A stretch of DNA of 44,899 nt from Catajapyx aquilonaris (taxonomy: Eukaryota), in contig KZ537998.1 in the NCBI GenBank assembly GCA_000934665.2, positions 124,001 through 168,899 of the forward strand, read 5' to 3'. The position numbers and the translations under genes were made by a program. Each line of letters starts with the position of its first letter. Position 1 is the first letter of the stretch. The notes beneath the pieces were generated by a model. That model did not search any database and was not told where the DNA came from. It saw only the letters and a program-made list of their open reading frames with translations. Positions 10,003 through 22,331 of this stretch are shown one piece after another.

Positions 10003-13000
10003 CCCCCCAAAAAAAAAAAAAAAAAATCTGGGGGTGGTTAAAAGAATTTTTGATAAATCTGAACCAAGTTCGAAGAAACTTGGATATTTCGAGCACGGCC
10101 AAAATTCTTCAAACTGCGTAAGAATGTGAAATTTGATCAATTCGGTCCATGAAATGAATGTCAACTATGAAATTCCAAGAAAGTAAGGGAAGAAAAAAAA
10201 CTTCGGCGTCCTAATGATTTTTACCACCATCTAATACATACTTTGGAGGATAAAATTGGAAATTCTTCCCTCCCCAGACTCTACGTTCAATAAAAAAATT
10301 TGCAACACTTGCCTTACTAATCACTATCGATCAACAAGACGTGTAATCAACCCTATCATTACAAGTCGTATTGCTTGAATTGCTCACTTTTTTTTCTCTC
10401 CTCAAAAAAGCCGTTAAATCCCCGATTTGTCGCACATGTCTGTAGCATGGCTAGCACACTCGACTATTGACCACTGAGAGGACTATGGTCCGATGTCGCC
10501 GGCTAATCCTTCCACCTGTTTGCACCAAGATAATATTCATGAGATGAGGTGAACCGGACGCTGTCAAGTAGATGTGAATCATGAATATGCATACCGTAGA
10601 TGGGGATTTGTGATAATCGAACGCGTTGTGCGTGGATTCTGACAAAACCAACCCAAGTGGGAAGTATTGTCCACCGATTGAAATCCCTCCCTCCCCCTCC
10701 ACTCTATAGAGTCTGTGATTCAATTTTATGCCGCAGTTTGCCTGCAAGTCATAACAAACTAGTCAATTTGTAAAGGAAATAGCACTTGAATCATGTTGAC
10801 ACGAGCAGTTATTTACCCAGTAAGTTCGCAACCAACAGTTTTGGCGATGGCCGTATTTGTAATGCTGATCCCTCCATGCATGCAAATGACGTAATTTCAG
10901 TCCACTTGGTAGGGGAGCAAAAATGTCAGCAGCTGGTTATAAATTTACATCAATACTGCCGTCAAATTGTTTTTACTCGATTTCGATGCTGTATCCACAA
11001 GACAAGCTGTTTACGTTCCAATTGTCCATTTAATGTATCGAGGATTATTTTAAAAATACGCACGTGTACAGTACATTTAAGCGATTATGCAATTTGGCAA
11101 GGTTCGGAGAAGGAAAAAAAAAGCTAACCCAATCATTACTGTAATTGCGAATCGCCATGGCGTGAAATTGCGCCGATTCGTTCCGAGGTGTTTCATGTCA
11201 CCAACTGCAAAGAATATCCTGAAGGAATTTGCTTAATCGGCAAGGTGCTTTTTTTTTGGGGGNGGGGGGGGGATTCAGATTCGCCGCGTTTATTTTTACG
11301 CCATCAATCGCAGGGCGCAAAAATTCGATATTAGCTCGACCCAAGGCCGAGGTCAAGGACGACCGACAGACGGTTTCATATCCCCAGTTGGGTTGTCATC
11401 CAGCACGCGTTTTGCAGACTATGACAAAAAAAAAGTGTTTTGTTGGGGTCTTTAATCACTCAAAAAAAAATGTCCTCGACTTTCACCAGTTTCTTAGGAA
11501 TAAGATAACGTTTCTCAGAACGGACTTGGCAGTAATAAATCCGGTGGAGGTAATTGACCGCTCCAAATTTGATTTTTGGTTTAGAAACTCGGGGAGGTTT
11601 TTGGTACCTAACAATATAAGTGGTGTAAACGATGCAATTAGGCAAAATGCGGGTATCGATCTGATACTGGATACTGCACAGCAGGTCCGTATTAATCTGG
11701 AGTATAAGTACAAGACGCTGGTTTTTGCAATTTTTTTTTCTCTCTCTCTGGTAGGTCCGAGAACAAGCTGACAGTAGAAAATGCGGCTCACGTCTTTCTA
11801 GAGGCCTGTCCTTGGGCTCCTTTTTCTAACGACTCGGCCCCAACTTGGGACGAAAGAGGAATTAGGCGCCCCACCGAAACCGACTTATCGATAATGTCTG
11901 AAGACGGCTCCAAAATAGCAAATACTACATAGTTTGTCTCAAAACGATGATCGGGCCACCAAAACATGCCAATTGCATGTATTGATATAAATGCGACTAT
12001 TTTTCGTGTCAGTGGTCTGATTAGTGGTAGCCACTTGTCGCAGTACGAATTGATCCAGACGCGACCTCAACTTCTAACACGGAGGGGGCCTTGATGATGA
12101 CGCAGAATCTGCATAAATCAATTTGCCGCACGAAATAATTCCATCGATGCCTATTTATAAGGTCGGTTGAGGCAATGTAAACACGAGATTTTATTTTGCG
12201 ATGGCTCACCTTGACCTTATCAGGATCATTTTTTTTTGTATAATTGATAGTCCTCTGCACGACTTAGTTAAAAGCAAGGGGGCTATATCCAATACCCCCA
12301 CTCCCCCCCCCCTTTTTATAGTTGCAGCCAGGGAACTCTCGAGCTGATATTGGAAAGTTGATCCCGGGTTAGTTGCTGTGTTTGTTCAATAATTCAGACG
12401 AGGAAGATACCGCGCATCGGTTGTGCTGCTGAAAACAAGCCTTTTCCGAGTAAGGAGCAGAGGATTGGCTTTATGAAAAAATCATAGCGGGGAAAATCTC
12501 GCCTCCACTTTTTTTTTTTTTAAACTAGCGACCCATGCTGGGGACTAATATTTCGTCGGCTAATACACGAACACGCAAGGACACCGTTCATAAAATGACG
12601 TAATACATTAGCATGTAGCGTTATTGGGGGGTGGAGATGAGGAGGGAAGGTCAGGATGTTGTGTAATAATATTTATGATTCTCATCATTATCAGGGTGGA
12701 AAAATTATGATGCAAAATATACATTGGCCTCCTGGGGGTTGCCATTGTTTCACCGTCGCTAGGCGGCAACGAAATGGTGCATAATTGAAAAATCAGGCGA
12801 CATATGCACCAAAGCTCCCCCCCCCCCCTACAAGCCCGGCAAAGATCGATGGAAATATCAATAGTCCGCCTTTACCAGTTGTACTATTTCACAACACGCT
12901 TATAATAAACTACAGCATTTGCCGTAAGCAATGTAATGTGATTTTACGCGATGTGGAGATAATTACCTAGGGCTTCACCGTTGCGTCAGTATGGTCGCGG

Positions 13001-16000
13001 GTTCAAAATGTTCCAGACATTAGTAACGCAACAGCTTAAATCGTCAGTTGAGTCACACAGTCCTGATTTTCATCCCGTTTCGTATAAAAATGCCTCTAAC
13101 ATTGCCTAACACTCCATTTCTTTGTTTTTGTGTGTGTGTGTGGTCGTGTGTGTGTGTGTTTTTGTCAAATTGTCTGAGACCCACCCGCTGCGCTGGTTCA
13201 AATATTTGCTCGTCTTAATAGGTCTTTATGTACCTGAGCACACCGTCGGAAGTTTTGAGGCGATGGGTCCTCTCTTTTTTTTCTTATCAAGGTGGAAAAG
13301 AGCCAGGGGGCATTGTTTCATCACAGGGTCTGAACTGACTTCACCCGATTCCGGTGCCGTGAGCCAAGATTCCAGGAACCTCGTGTGTTGAGCCTTGACG
13401 GTACAGGCTACGTAGCAGAACTTGTTTATGCGGTGTAAGTTAGTGAGTGGAGGAGACATGGCGGGGTGGAGGATCTTATACTTAAGCCCCTCAGACGAGG
13501 GCAATGCACGGTGCATGTAGCACACACAACAGACCTTCCTGTAATTTGCTAGGGGCAAATTACGATGTCAGACACAGAGACAGGTATGAGTCAAACTAGA
13601 GTCTAATTTGGCCACCTGCGTTGAGCCGCGAGTATGATTGCGGTTTCTTCCTCAAAAATGGTTTATCTCACCTGCATGGAATATGCTATGGTGTCACGTT
13701 GAATAAAATCATTAAAAGCGTAATCAATTGAACTTGAGCTACTTACGCTCAGGGCTACTTGACGTGCATGCACGTCGATTTCGATAATGCTCTCCGTGCA
13801 GAGAATAATATTTACATGTAGGCAAATTTGCGAGCGTTCCTTCGTATCAAAATTAATAAACTTTCACTCCCCTATACAGATTACGATGCTTCGGCGCACC
13901 CGATTACCGTTCGCTATAAAAAATCAAAACAACACTTTGCAAGAGCCAATATATGTCGTTGAATCGCAAATAACGACGCCATTAAATTGTAACGCTTCTT
14001 TCTTCAACTTTTGTCACTGGCAACTCTCTTTCTCCTGGAAAAAGGAAGCAGGCGAATCTAACTAAAAACAGTGTATTACTGCAAGATACGGGCAGAGACC
14101 CAACCCACCCGACCCTGCAACTTGCAGATATATTACCTCATTAAGACCGTAATGGCGCTTCATCCGGCAACGTGGGTTTAAAACTATGATTAAAAACAAA
14201 ATACGGTGGCGGCTTTTACTTGGGTGGGGGTGTATAGGGGGAGAACCAGAGTTCCCTATTCGTCTTGTGAATGAGAAATAATAGTACTTGGAACCTACCC
14301 CATGGTTTATATCCCAGGGTATGGGGTTGGGGATATAAGGCTGGTTGGGTGGGGGGAAAGGGGGGGGGGGGTAATTGTTTTACTGCTGGAAAAGCTGCAC
14401 GCTCGTGTAAAAGGAGATAAGGCGTATGACGTCACAAACGCCGGGGGTGTATATGAGAAGAGATTTATTTCTCCTCATGCAGATGCAATCAATTGATGAA
14501 GCGCGGCTGAGCCAGCACACACGCTGCTGGATTAGTAACAATATTTGCAGTAAATGTTGCGAACTATTATAAAATATTGTCACGTTTGACCGGTTAATCA
14601 CGACATACGCTGATGAACCCACATTCCTCTAACTTCAAAATCATTATTTTCTCATCATTTCACGGGATAATTTTACAGCCACCCTGCGGGAATCGTAACG
14701 ACCTGGCATGCCGCGACGTCACACCGTTACACGTAACATGCAACCAATCAGTCAAGACACCGCCCATGGTGCTTGAAAGCAGTTACGCAACAACCAGAAT
14801 AGTGTCCCATTATCAAATCATGACCTTTCAGGCGGACGGTCACGAGAAAGTACTCTCGGCCCAGTGACGTGACCGATCATTTCATTTTCCTCTACTTTTC
14901 TTCTTCTTCTTCTTCCTCTCACTAGAAAGTTTCTAGTTGGGGACTGTAGTCCTTTCTCTCTATCAATGGTGGTTTCCAAACAACTTGTGAGTTAGTCGGC
15001 GCACAGAATTTGGTCCTGTCATTGTTGGCTGTCTCCTCTCTTGGGGGGGTGGAGAGACTGGGCTCCGTCGCTTCAGGAATAATAATCCTGCTTGATCATT
15101 GCACGAGTTGGCATTCCCTTTCTGCCCACCCCTGCCCCCCATTGTTTCCAGTTTGATCACGATCCACTCATACAAACTTGGCGACTGTTGAATTAAATTG
15201 GAATAATCACGCTGTGTTATCGAGTTTAGGTCTCGGGCTCCCCCCCGACTACTTGCCAGTGGCAGACGGGAAATTAGCCAATTAGAGACATTTCTTTGTT
15301 TTTATGCGTGTGGGTGTCCCCATGAAATTGGGCAGCGAACACCCCCCCCCCCCCTCCTCTCCTGGTAGTAACCACCACGTGCTGGTTGTTGCCATGAGAT
15401 CCCCGAGGTCAGAAGGGGAAGCCGGGTGGGGAAGCCATCCGTCATTCCTCAGGTCGCGTGGCAACCGCACAGCCCCGTGACAATCCAACCCGCCATCTGC
15501 TTTCGTCCCGTGAACATAGTTGCCACGTGGTCTGCAACGGCACCTTATGAGACATGTACGGCGTCCAACCGCAACGTCAAGATCGCAGCATCGGCCATGC
15601 TCTAATCCGTGAGATGTGCCTAAGTACAACATAGCGGCTTAGGTCACGTGCTGAGTGTCATGCATGACATCGCGACAATATCAAGCCTTAATCGAACCGA
15701 GGTGTCAGGAGGGACAATGGCTAGCCGGTGATGTAAATCTTGTCTCCCCACTTGCATTGCTCCCAATAGAGTGATTGAGCCGTGAAATCTTCCCGGATTG
15801 TGAACTAAATGACTTCCGATGAAGCGAAACTTTGGGGAAATGGGGGAAGGTAGTGTGGTGCACACTAGTACCTCGGTTATACAGTATAGTTCATTAGCAG
15901 GGCATGCTGCACTCCCCCCCCCCTCCCCCCATCCCGATTTAGTGGTTCAGGATTTTCCTCTAATTACGGAGAGAAGGGAGGTAGAGGAGTCAGAAGAAAA

Positions 16001-16536
16001 GACTAGGGGGGTGTGCAAGGGAGGGTTGACTATATGTCGATTTCAATTAGACATGGCTGAGTAAATACGGGATCGCAAGACCTGGAGAATCGATCGGGTC
16101 TTCTCTCTCCCCATTGCTCTAGGGCGAATAGCAATGACGCGTTATAGGCGACACTACACCAGGAGCTTCCGGGAAAGTCTGTGGATTCCCTATACTTTGT
16201 GATGAAGCCTCCCGGTATGCAATAATACCCAGCACTATATCCGCCGACGTCCATATTGCGCCCAGAAGAGGAGGCTTATTAGGAAAACTCCGCTTCAAGT
16301 CTTCTAAAATATTATTGTGCCGGAAAAGGTGAATCAATGAATCTTATCGGATATCTCGTGTCCCTACCCTGCACCAATGACTCAGGCAAATCGTAGGCGA
16401 TTGATGAATATGAATCATCCGTATTGTGTTGAGGTACTCCCCTCCAGTGGTCCAAGTGAATCTCTCACCTCCCTCGCCCCCCGTTGTTTTTGGTGACATG
16501 CATCACATACTACAACACGCCCTTCTTCTCCTACAG

Positions 16537-16600
16537 GACCTCCCCCCACCCAGAAAAATTATTTTTGTAACCCTCGCCCCCCAAAACAGACAGAGAAATC
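16537..16600 (+). other. 5' UTR part of the ATG-containing exon (splice acceptor at 16535-16536)
   Basis: Polypyrimidine tract + CAG (ccttcttctcctacAG) 64 nt upstream of the ATG, implying an upstream non-coding exon. Confidence 0.6.
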
Positions 16601-16876
16601 ATGTTGTGGTTGGTGATGAGCTTGTTGGGCGCCCTGTCCGCAAGCACGTGGGCAGACAACAGCGTGTACATCAGTTCCAAATTCGGCGGCCTGCAGCTGG
16701 TCACCTCCTCCACAATGCACTGGACGCCCGGTGAGGACGGCAGCCGGCCAGAGGGGGCAGTGGAAGGAGGGTTCGAAGACGGACGCCGGTACTACGTCTG
16801 CCGTGCTTGGCACACGGGCATCTGGGTGGCCGGCTCCCTCAACGAGTCGCGATGCCAGGCTGCCTTCGCATCTCAG
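16601..16876 (+). CDS. uzip: unzipped (Uzip)-like protein, coding exon 1 (92 codons: signal peptide + first DM9-like repeat)
   Basis: ATG at 16601 with A at -3 (gaaatcATG). Hydrophobic signal peptide MLWLVMSLLGALSASTWA. Motifs QLVTSSTMHW, GAVEGG and YYVCRA match Drosophila Uzip as I recall it (QLVTSSTLVW, AVEGG, YVCR). Ends in phase 0 at CAG|GTAAGC (donor 16877). The supplied ORF reads through into intron after this point. Confidence 0.9.
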
Positions 16877-19800
16877 GTAAGCCAGATGTCCTCTTTTGTA
16901 TCTAGGCAGCTGTTCTACATCCCCTTGTTCCTTTATGCGCTTCCAAATATACTGGGTAGGACTGTTACCCCGCCTCGTCACTACCAGCGCTTGCCCCCTC
17001 GTATAATAAGGTCGCAACAAAGAGGCAACCGCATTGCTGCCCAACACCCCTCCCCACTTTTGGAGTGTCGTTGGATAGTGAGGGGTAATTTCCTTTTCAC
17101 TGGATTCATCAAAGGGTGGATTGTCATCTGGGAGTGTCACTCTTGGACATGTGCAACTGAAAGGGTATCCCCCCGACCTTTCTGTGTAACTAGACTTGAA
17201 ATGAGAAATTATTGCGGCGTTACAATGTCGTTAACTAGAGAGGTTATATGCCTATAGGGACACCGTTTGCTATTGTAACTGTAATGTGTTAACAATGTTT
17301 TCCTTCTGAATATAACTGCACGCTACCTTGCTGTCGGAATATTAGGCCACGGCATAGCAGCATATTGAGACCAATATATTTGATCGCCTTCCACTGTATA
17401 TATTGCTGTTATCGTTATTACTACTAATGCTTGCAATATTACGACCTACAACTGGCTGCATTGTTATAAAAATTACCTGCGACGTTGGAACTGTTAAGAA
17501 TTTAAATCAATTAAAATATAAGAAAAACGACAAACTTTTGTTCAAGTAAACCTGAACCGATTAAAAGATTCCAATTATCGAGCCATTTATTGCCACAGCA
17601 TAACAGGTACAACAGTAAAGGAGGCTACGGATGTCCCGCGTAAGGTAATGGTTAATTGAAAAGCTCCTAAATAATCTATCGCCCCTACGGAATTCACAAC
17701 CATCCGCAAAAAGGGTACTGCTTCACCTCTCCAAACAAACTTGTGCAACGCACTGTATACAGGAGGCATTTGCCCTGGCACTAGCTTCTTAGTTGCCCTT
17801 GGCAACACTTCATTAGGGGGGAGTGGTTGCGCAGAAAACACCCGACATGTCACTCTCAAGATGTAAAATTATGGAGAAGCTAGACTAGGTTCAGCCCGTT
17901 AAGAATCGCAAAATGTGAGAAAACATCGCCAGGTTCCTAATGGCCGTGATATAGACCTGCATCGGATCCCCCCCCCCCCTCCGCATCTAGCGGAATAAAT
18001 CACGCCAATTACGTAACTGCCAACTAAAAAGCGGCGGGGTGGGATAGTTACACCTCTTTGCACCGGGGGTCATGCCTAGGGGCGGTCAAATTTGCAGGAA
18101 TTAATGAGGAATTAAATTGCTAGCCGGCTGCAATTAAAAGCCCTAGCTTGACTCCCATACCAGACAATTTGGGTCCACATCATGAAACTGGGCCTTTTTT
18201 GGGCGACTGTTCCGATGGGGGGTAGCATCTGCCCTCTAACACCGCTTCAGCTGCACTTCGATCGTGTTTTAATGATAGCTGATAGGTCCATCTGCGGCCT
18301 GCCGATAGATACGGCCGTGAATGAAGATGGTAACCCCCCTTTGTCGGCATTGTTTAGCAATCGGTTATGTGCTAGGCAGTCACCAAGTGAGTGTGATGGT
18401 ACGCCCACCAGGACAATGACTGATTGTCGCTCAGAATCAGGGTCATCCTTATCCGGATCGTTACTCTAGAAGGGGTCAAAAATTGTCACAAAAATTTTGG
18501 CTCGTCCAGTAGGTGTCTTCACTTGGTGTTTGCTCGCTGGGAGGAGGGTTCCAACAAGATGGCTCAGAGCATTACGGTGCACCCAGGCATAAATTAGAGT
18601 TTCTGGCAGAGTTGGCCGCTTCATACGGGGACATGGAGAAAAGAGGAGGACCCAGGGAGGCTCAAGCCATAACGAATTACGTTTCTCTCCACTTCTCTCA
18701 AAATCATAGGGAGTGAAGCTGCACACCCATGCAGATTCATCTGGCACCTTTCTATGGACGCTGCAGAAAATGGGATCCTCTTTTTCAGCCACGACTTTAT
18801 TTTGAGAGAGAGAGAGGGCGGGGGAGGGGGGGAAGACAATTGGAAAGGGAATAATATCCGAGAGGAAATTGGAAGTAATGGATTCAGTCGGGATGGAGGA
18901 CACCACTTTGTGATAACTGAAGGTCACGGGTTACAAATGAGGTCATAAAGCCGGATTTTGGCGGTGAAATTACATTGCCACTGACACCTTATATAGGAAG
19001 GAAGGGTAGGTATTACTAAGAGGGATGTCGCCATTTCGGTAATTAAGTTGGACGTGGAAGAAAATTATACCGCCCGAGTTCGAAATGGAGGAAAAGGAGC
19101 TAAAAAAAAATAATTTCTGCAGCTGTCTGCGTTTTGAGTCTACCGCTGTAATTACCTAAGGAAATGGGTATTAACTACTCCCAACTCGAGTCCCAAATTA
19201 AATCCCCTAGGTTCATAATAAAAAATCGATCCAATGGACCCCCCTGCACCGATACAAAAATTTCCCCGTGATCAAGTTGATAGCTGGTGCCGCCGGATTT
19301 ATGGGCTTGGAAACGTATTAAAATGGAATCAAGTAATGGAAAATTTCGGTAGGGTCCCCCCTCCCCGGTTTGAAATGGAAGTTTTCAGCAGGGCAGTAGA
19401 CGTATCCTTTGAAGCGAAAAAATAGAGCGCAAAAAGCAAAGCTTTGTCTCAAAAAAGATAGAGGAACTCCCCCCTTGTTGTCTAGTATTAAATAATGCAC
19501 AACATTGTAGTAGAGTGCATGGAATATCATAAGGCTTCCTTGCTATTTCCTCCACCTGTTTACCTCGCTGTGTAGACCCACATTTCATATGCAGCTGCTA
19601 CGTGAACTTCAACGAAGCATATACAGTGCCCCTCTGACTCCAGCTTCATCTGCAATATTTCACCTACTTTAGCAAACAAACAAAAAAATATCATTGTTGG
19701 CCGTGTGTGCTGGCGGATTAATAACAATTTCCACGAGGAGTAATTAGGGTCGATATCCACTTAGGATTCCGTTAACTTTGTACTGTGTATATACGCCGTA

Positions 19801-22331
19801 CAGATTATTTGCATGAGATTACGGGTGGGAAATATTAATCATGTAACACGGAGGGCTTGTTTTACAACAAACAAAACTTTGGGTCCAAATCCCTCGTTTG
19901 GCAGGCCGGAAACATTGATGGCCATAGAATTATTCAGTGGTACACGTTTGTTGACAGCGCAGAGTGTGGGCGAGGGAAATAAAATAACGCAATATCGTGG
20001 CCTGGCATTCGGTGCGCAAATTACCATGTGTTTGATGGCGTCGCTATTACTCCATAAAAATGCAAAAAAAGCCGACTTCAAACGCCGAACGACCTTAGTT
20101 ACGCGAATTTGATGTAAAGCAATTAATGACAAGAGTGCAGTCATAATAATCGGTCACAAAAGCCTCGAATTATGCATCCAGGCTGCAAGAGGTATTATGC
20201 CTTGAACAACAGGCAAGATGTCAACCACCTCTTCCCATTCACTACACATATTTGGAATATATAAATTTTTATGTAATGTCTAAGTTCTATAGAAGTGTGT
20301 GTTTGATGATTGCACATACGTTACGCCAGGAAAAGTATCAATGACTGCTACTTTTCCATCCCATTCCAAACCAAAGGCACATTTGGTACGTTTACTACCT
20401 TTTCACATGGCATGCTTGCTTAGGTCGCGACTTTAGGTAGACATTTGGCCATCCACGACCAAGACTGACAAGTCTATACCCAGCTCAAAAAAAAAAAAAA
20501 GCCTGCCCCCTTTTCCAATCTCTTATCCTCTCGGGCTGTTATCGGCTGCGAGCTTCTTTTTGGGAGGTCCCCCCTCGCTATCTCGGATGTTGGCTGAAGG
20601 ATGGTCATATGGCCTCTAGAATCACCCGTAAAAAGATGGCGAGCGGAGACACTACCGCGCAGAGTTGAGCTCTTGTGATAAGGCAGGCTTTTTTTTCTCT
20701 CTCTTTCTTAGATCCTCTCAGTCCAGTCTTGAATTAGGTGCCTCCTCTTCTCGCCCTGAAACCAATGAGGGCAACGAACTGTTGACCCTTCGATCATGTC
20801 TTTTTGATAACTTGTGTATGGACATATGTATGTCACAACATTCGGATTTTTAGCCTCATTTTGAGACTACCCCCTTTTTAAAATCCCACACAAATACTCC
20901 AGTGTTCATGGCTCCGAGAAAGAATGCGATTTAGTCACGCAACCTCATTCTATCGAACAATGACTCCGACTCGTCATTCCTTAAAAACCCAGCACAATTA
21001 GTACTGCCAACAGCCCTAAAATTGTCAACCAGTTCAGCCTAGATTTGGCGACTTTTTTTTGCACTCCAGAGTATTACAGCTCTATCATTGTTGGCTACTT
21101 GCCGATCTCGATCGGAAAAATAAACAAAAACTAGTTGGGTCTAGAAAATCTCACGCTTTAGTGGACATAGTTTTGTGCTTGGCTGAGCAGATGCTAACCA
21201 TGAAACTTGCTCTTCACGTTACTCCTATGTATTGTGGAGGAATCCTTCTGTAAAACCATGCCCGACTGTACAAAAACATACCAAGCGCTAGTACCAAACC
21301 GCACACCTTGACAATCGTATCAAACATATCTGCTAGACCAAACACCATTTTTGTCGATTTTTGTGCGCTGTGCCATTTCGTCATTTTTCATTGTGTTTTG
21401 TCCGCAAGCCCGCCGATTGTTTGCAATTCATTAAGCTCGCCGGAGCGAATTTAGTTATCCGGGAATCCACATCCCGGCGCCCCTTTTTGTGGATTCGCTT
21501 TGATGTTTTCAAAGTGATTCCAAATTTCGATTGCCAAAAGGGAAAAGAAGATTTGCAGAAAGGCGGAGGGTGGTGTCAGCATCAAAACTTGGGAAGAAAA
21601 CTTTGGGGACGATATGTAGCGCGTGACGACTGGCAGGTGTCAACTGTATATATATGGGGCCATGTTTTGGGGAAATCTGAGTGACAACATTTGGAGAAAA
21701 TGAGGTGGAAATGCGACTTTACGGGGGCCTGCTGATAGAATTATCTAAATGGCTGCTCTGCAGGAGCGGAAATGACGCCTTGTAATGAGGACTGGGGCCT
21801 TGATTGTAGAAAGACGCCGTTGGCGGAGAAAACATGTTGCATAGTTGAGTGCCCGAATGGGACACTTACATCATCGTCACAAAATAATCGCACTGATAGT
21901 TCCACTTCGAGTTCCAAACTCCAGATCAAAGGGACTTTGTGGAAAAATCGGGGTCGGGGGGTTGACTCGTTACCAGAAATTAGTTTGGCGTCACAAAAGG
22001 CGGACCTGAAAAGGTATTCCCAAAGCGAGCAATCAATCGATAAATATATCAACAATGCGTAACGTTCAATCCGACACTTTTATCTCGCGCCGGATATTTG
22101 ATAACACCAGTCAATGGCAAAATATAATTGCGTTATTTATCGTATCTTTTTTTGTGGAAGTCGACTGTTATAATCAATTGCTCCATGGTCAGTTTAAAAT
22201 CTGGAATTCCGTGCAATCGCCCTTTGAACAATATTACACATAATTCCCGTTGCCTCATACTCTAATGCAATGATTGTGTTTAAGTCAATGAGTTTAGCAA
22301 AGTATGACAGTGGGCTTGTTATGCTTTTCAG
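16877..22331 (+). other. 5455-bp phase-0 GT-AG intron of the uzip-like gene
   Basis: GTAAGC donor and pyrimidine-rich TTTTCAG acceptor join the two exons in frame. The joined protein is colinear with Uzip, with no obvious missing block. Confidence 0.85.

Noticed and set aside
9935..10008. Poly-G / gap / poly-C as a hairpin or G-quadruplex element
   Set aside because: The intervening sequence is unknown and may be an assembly artefact.
11229..11791. 180-aa and 102-aa opposing ORFs
   Set aside because: No recognisable domain or codon bias, non-ATG starts, and the longer one spans a homopolymer with an N.
16877..17257. Continuation of the 218-aa ORF beyond the donor site, and the antisense ORF at 16559-17140
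   Set aside because: Uzip similarity and codon bias stop at CAG|GTAAGC; the rest is intron read-through.
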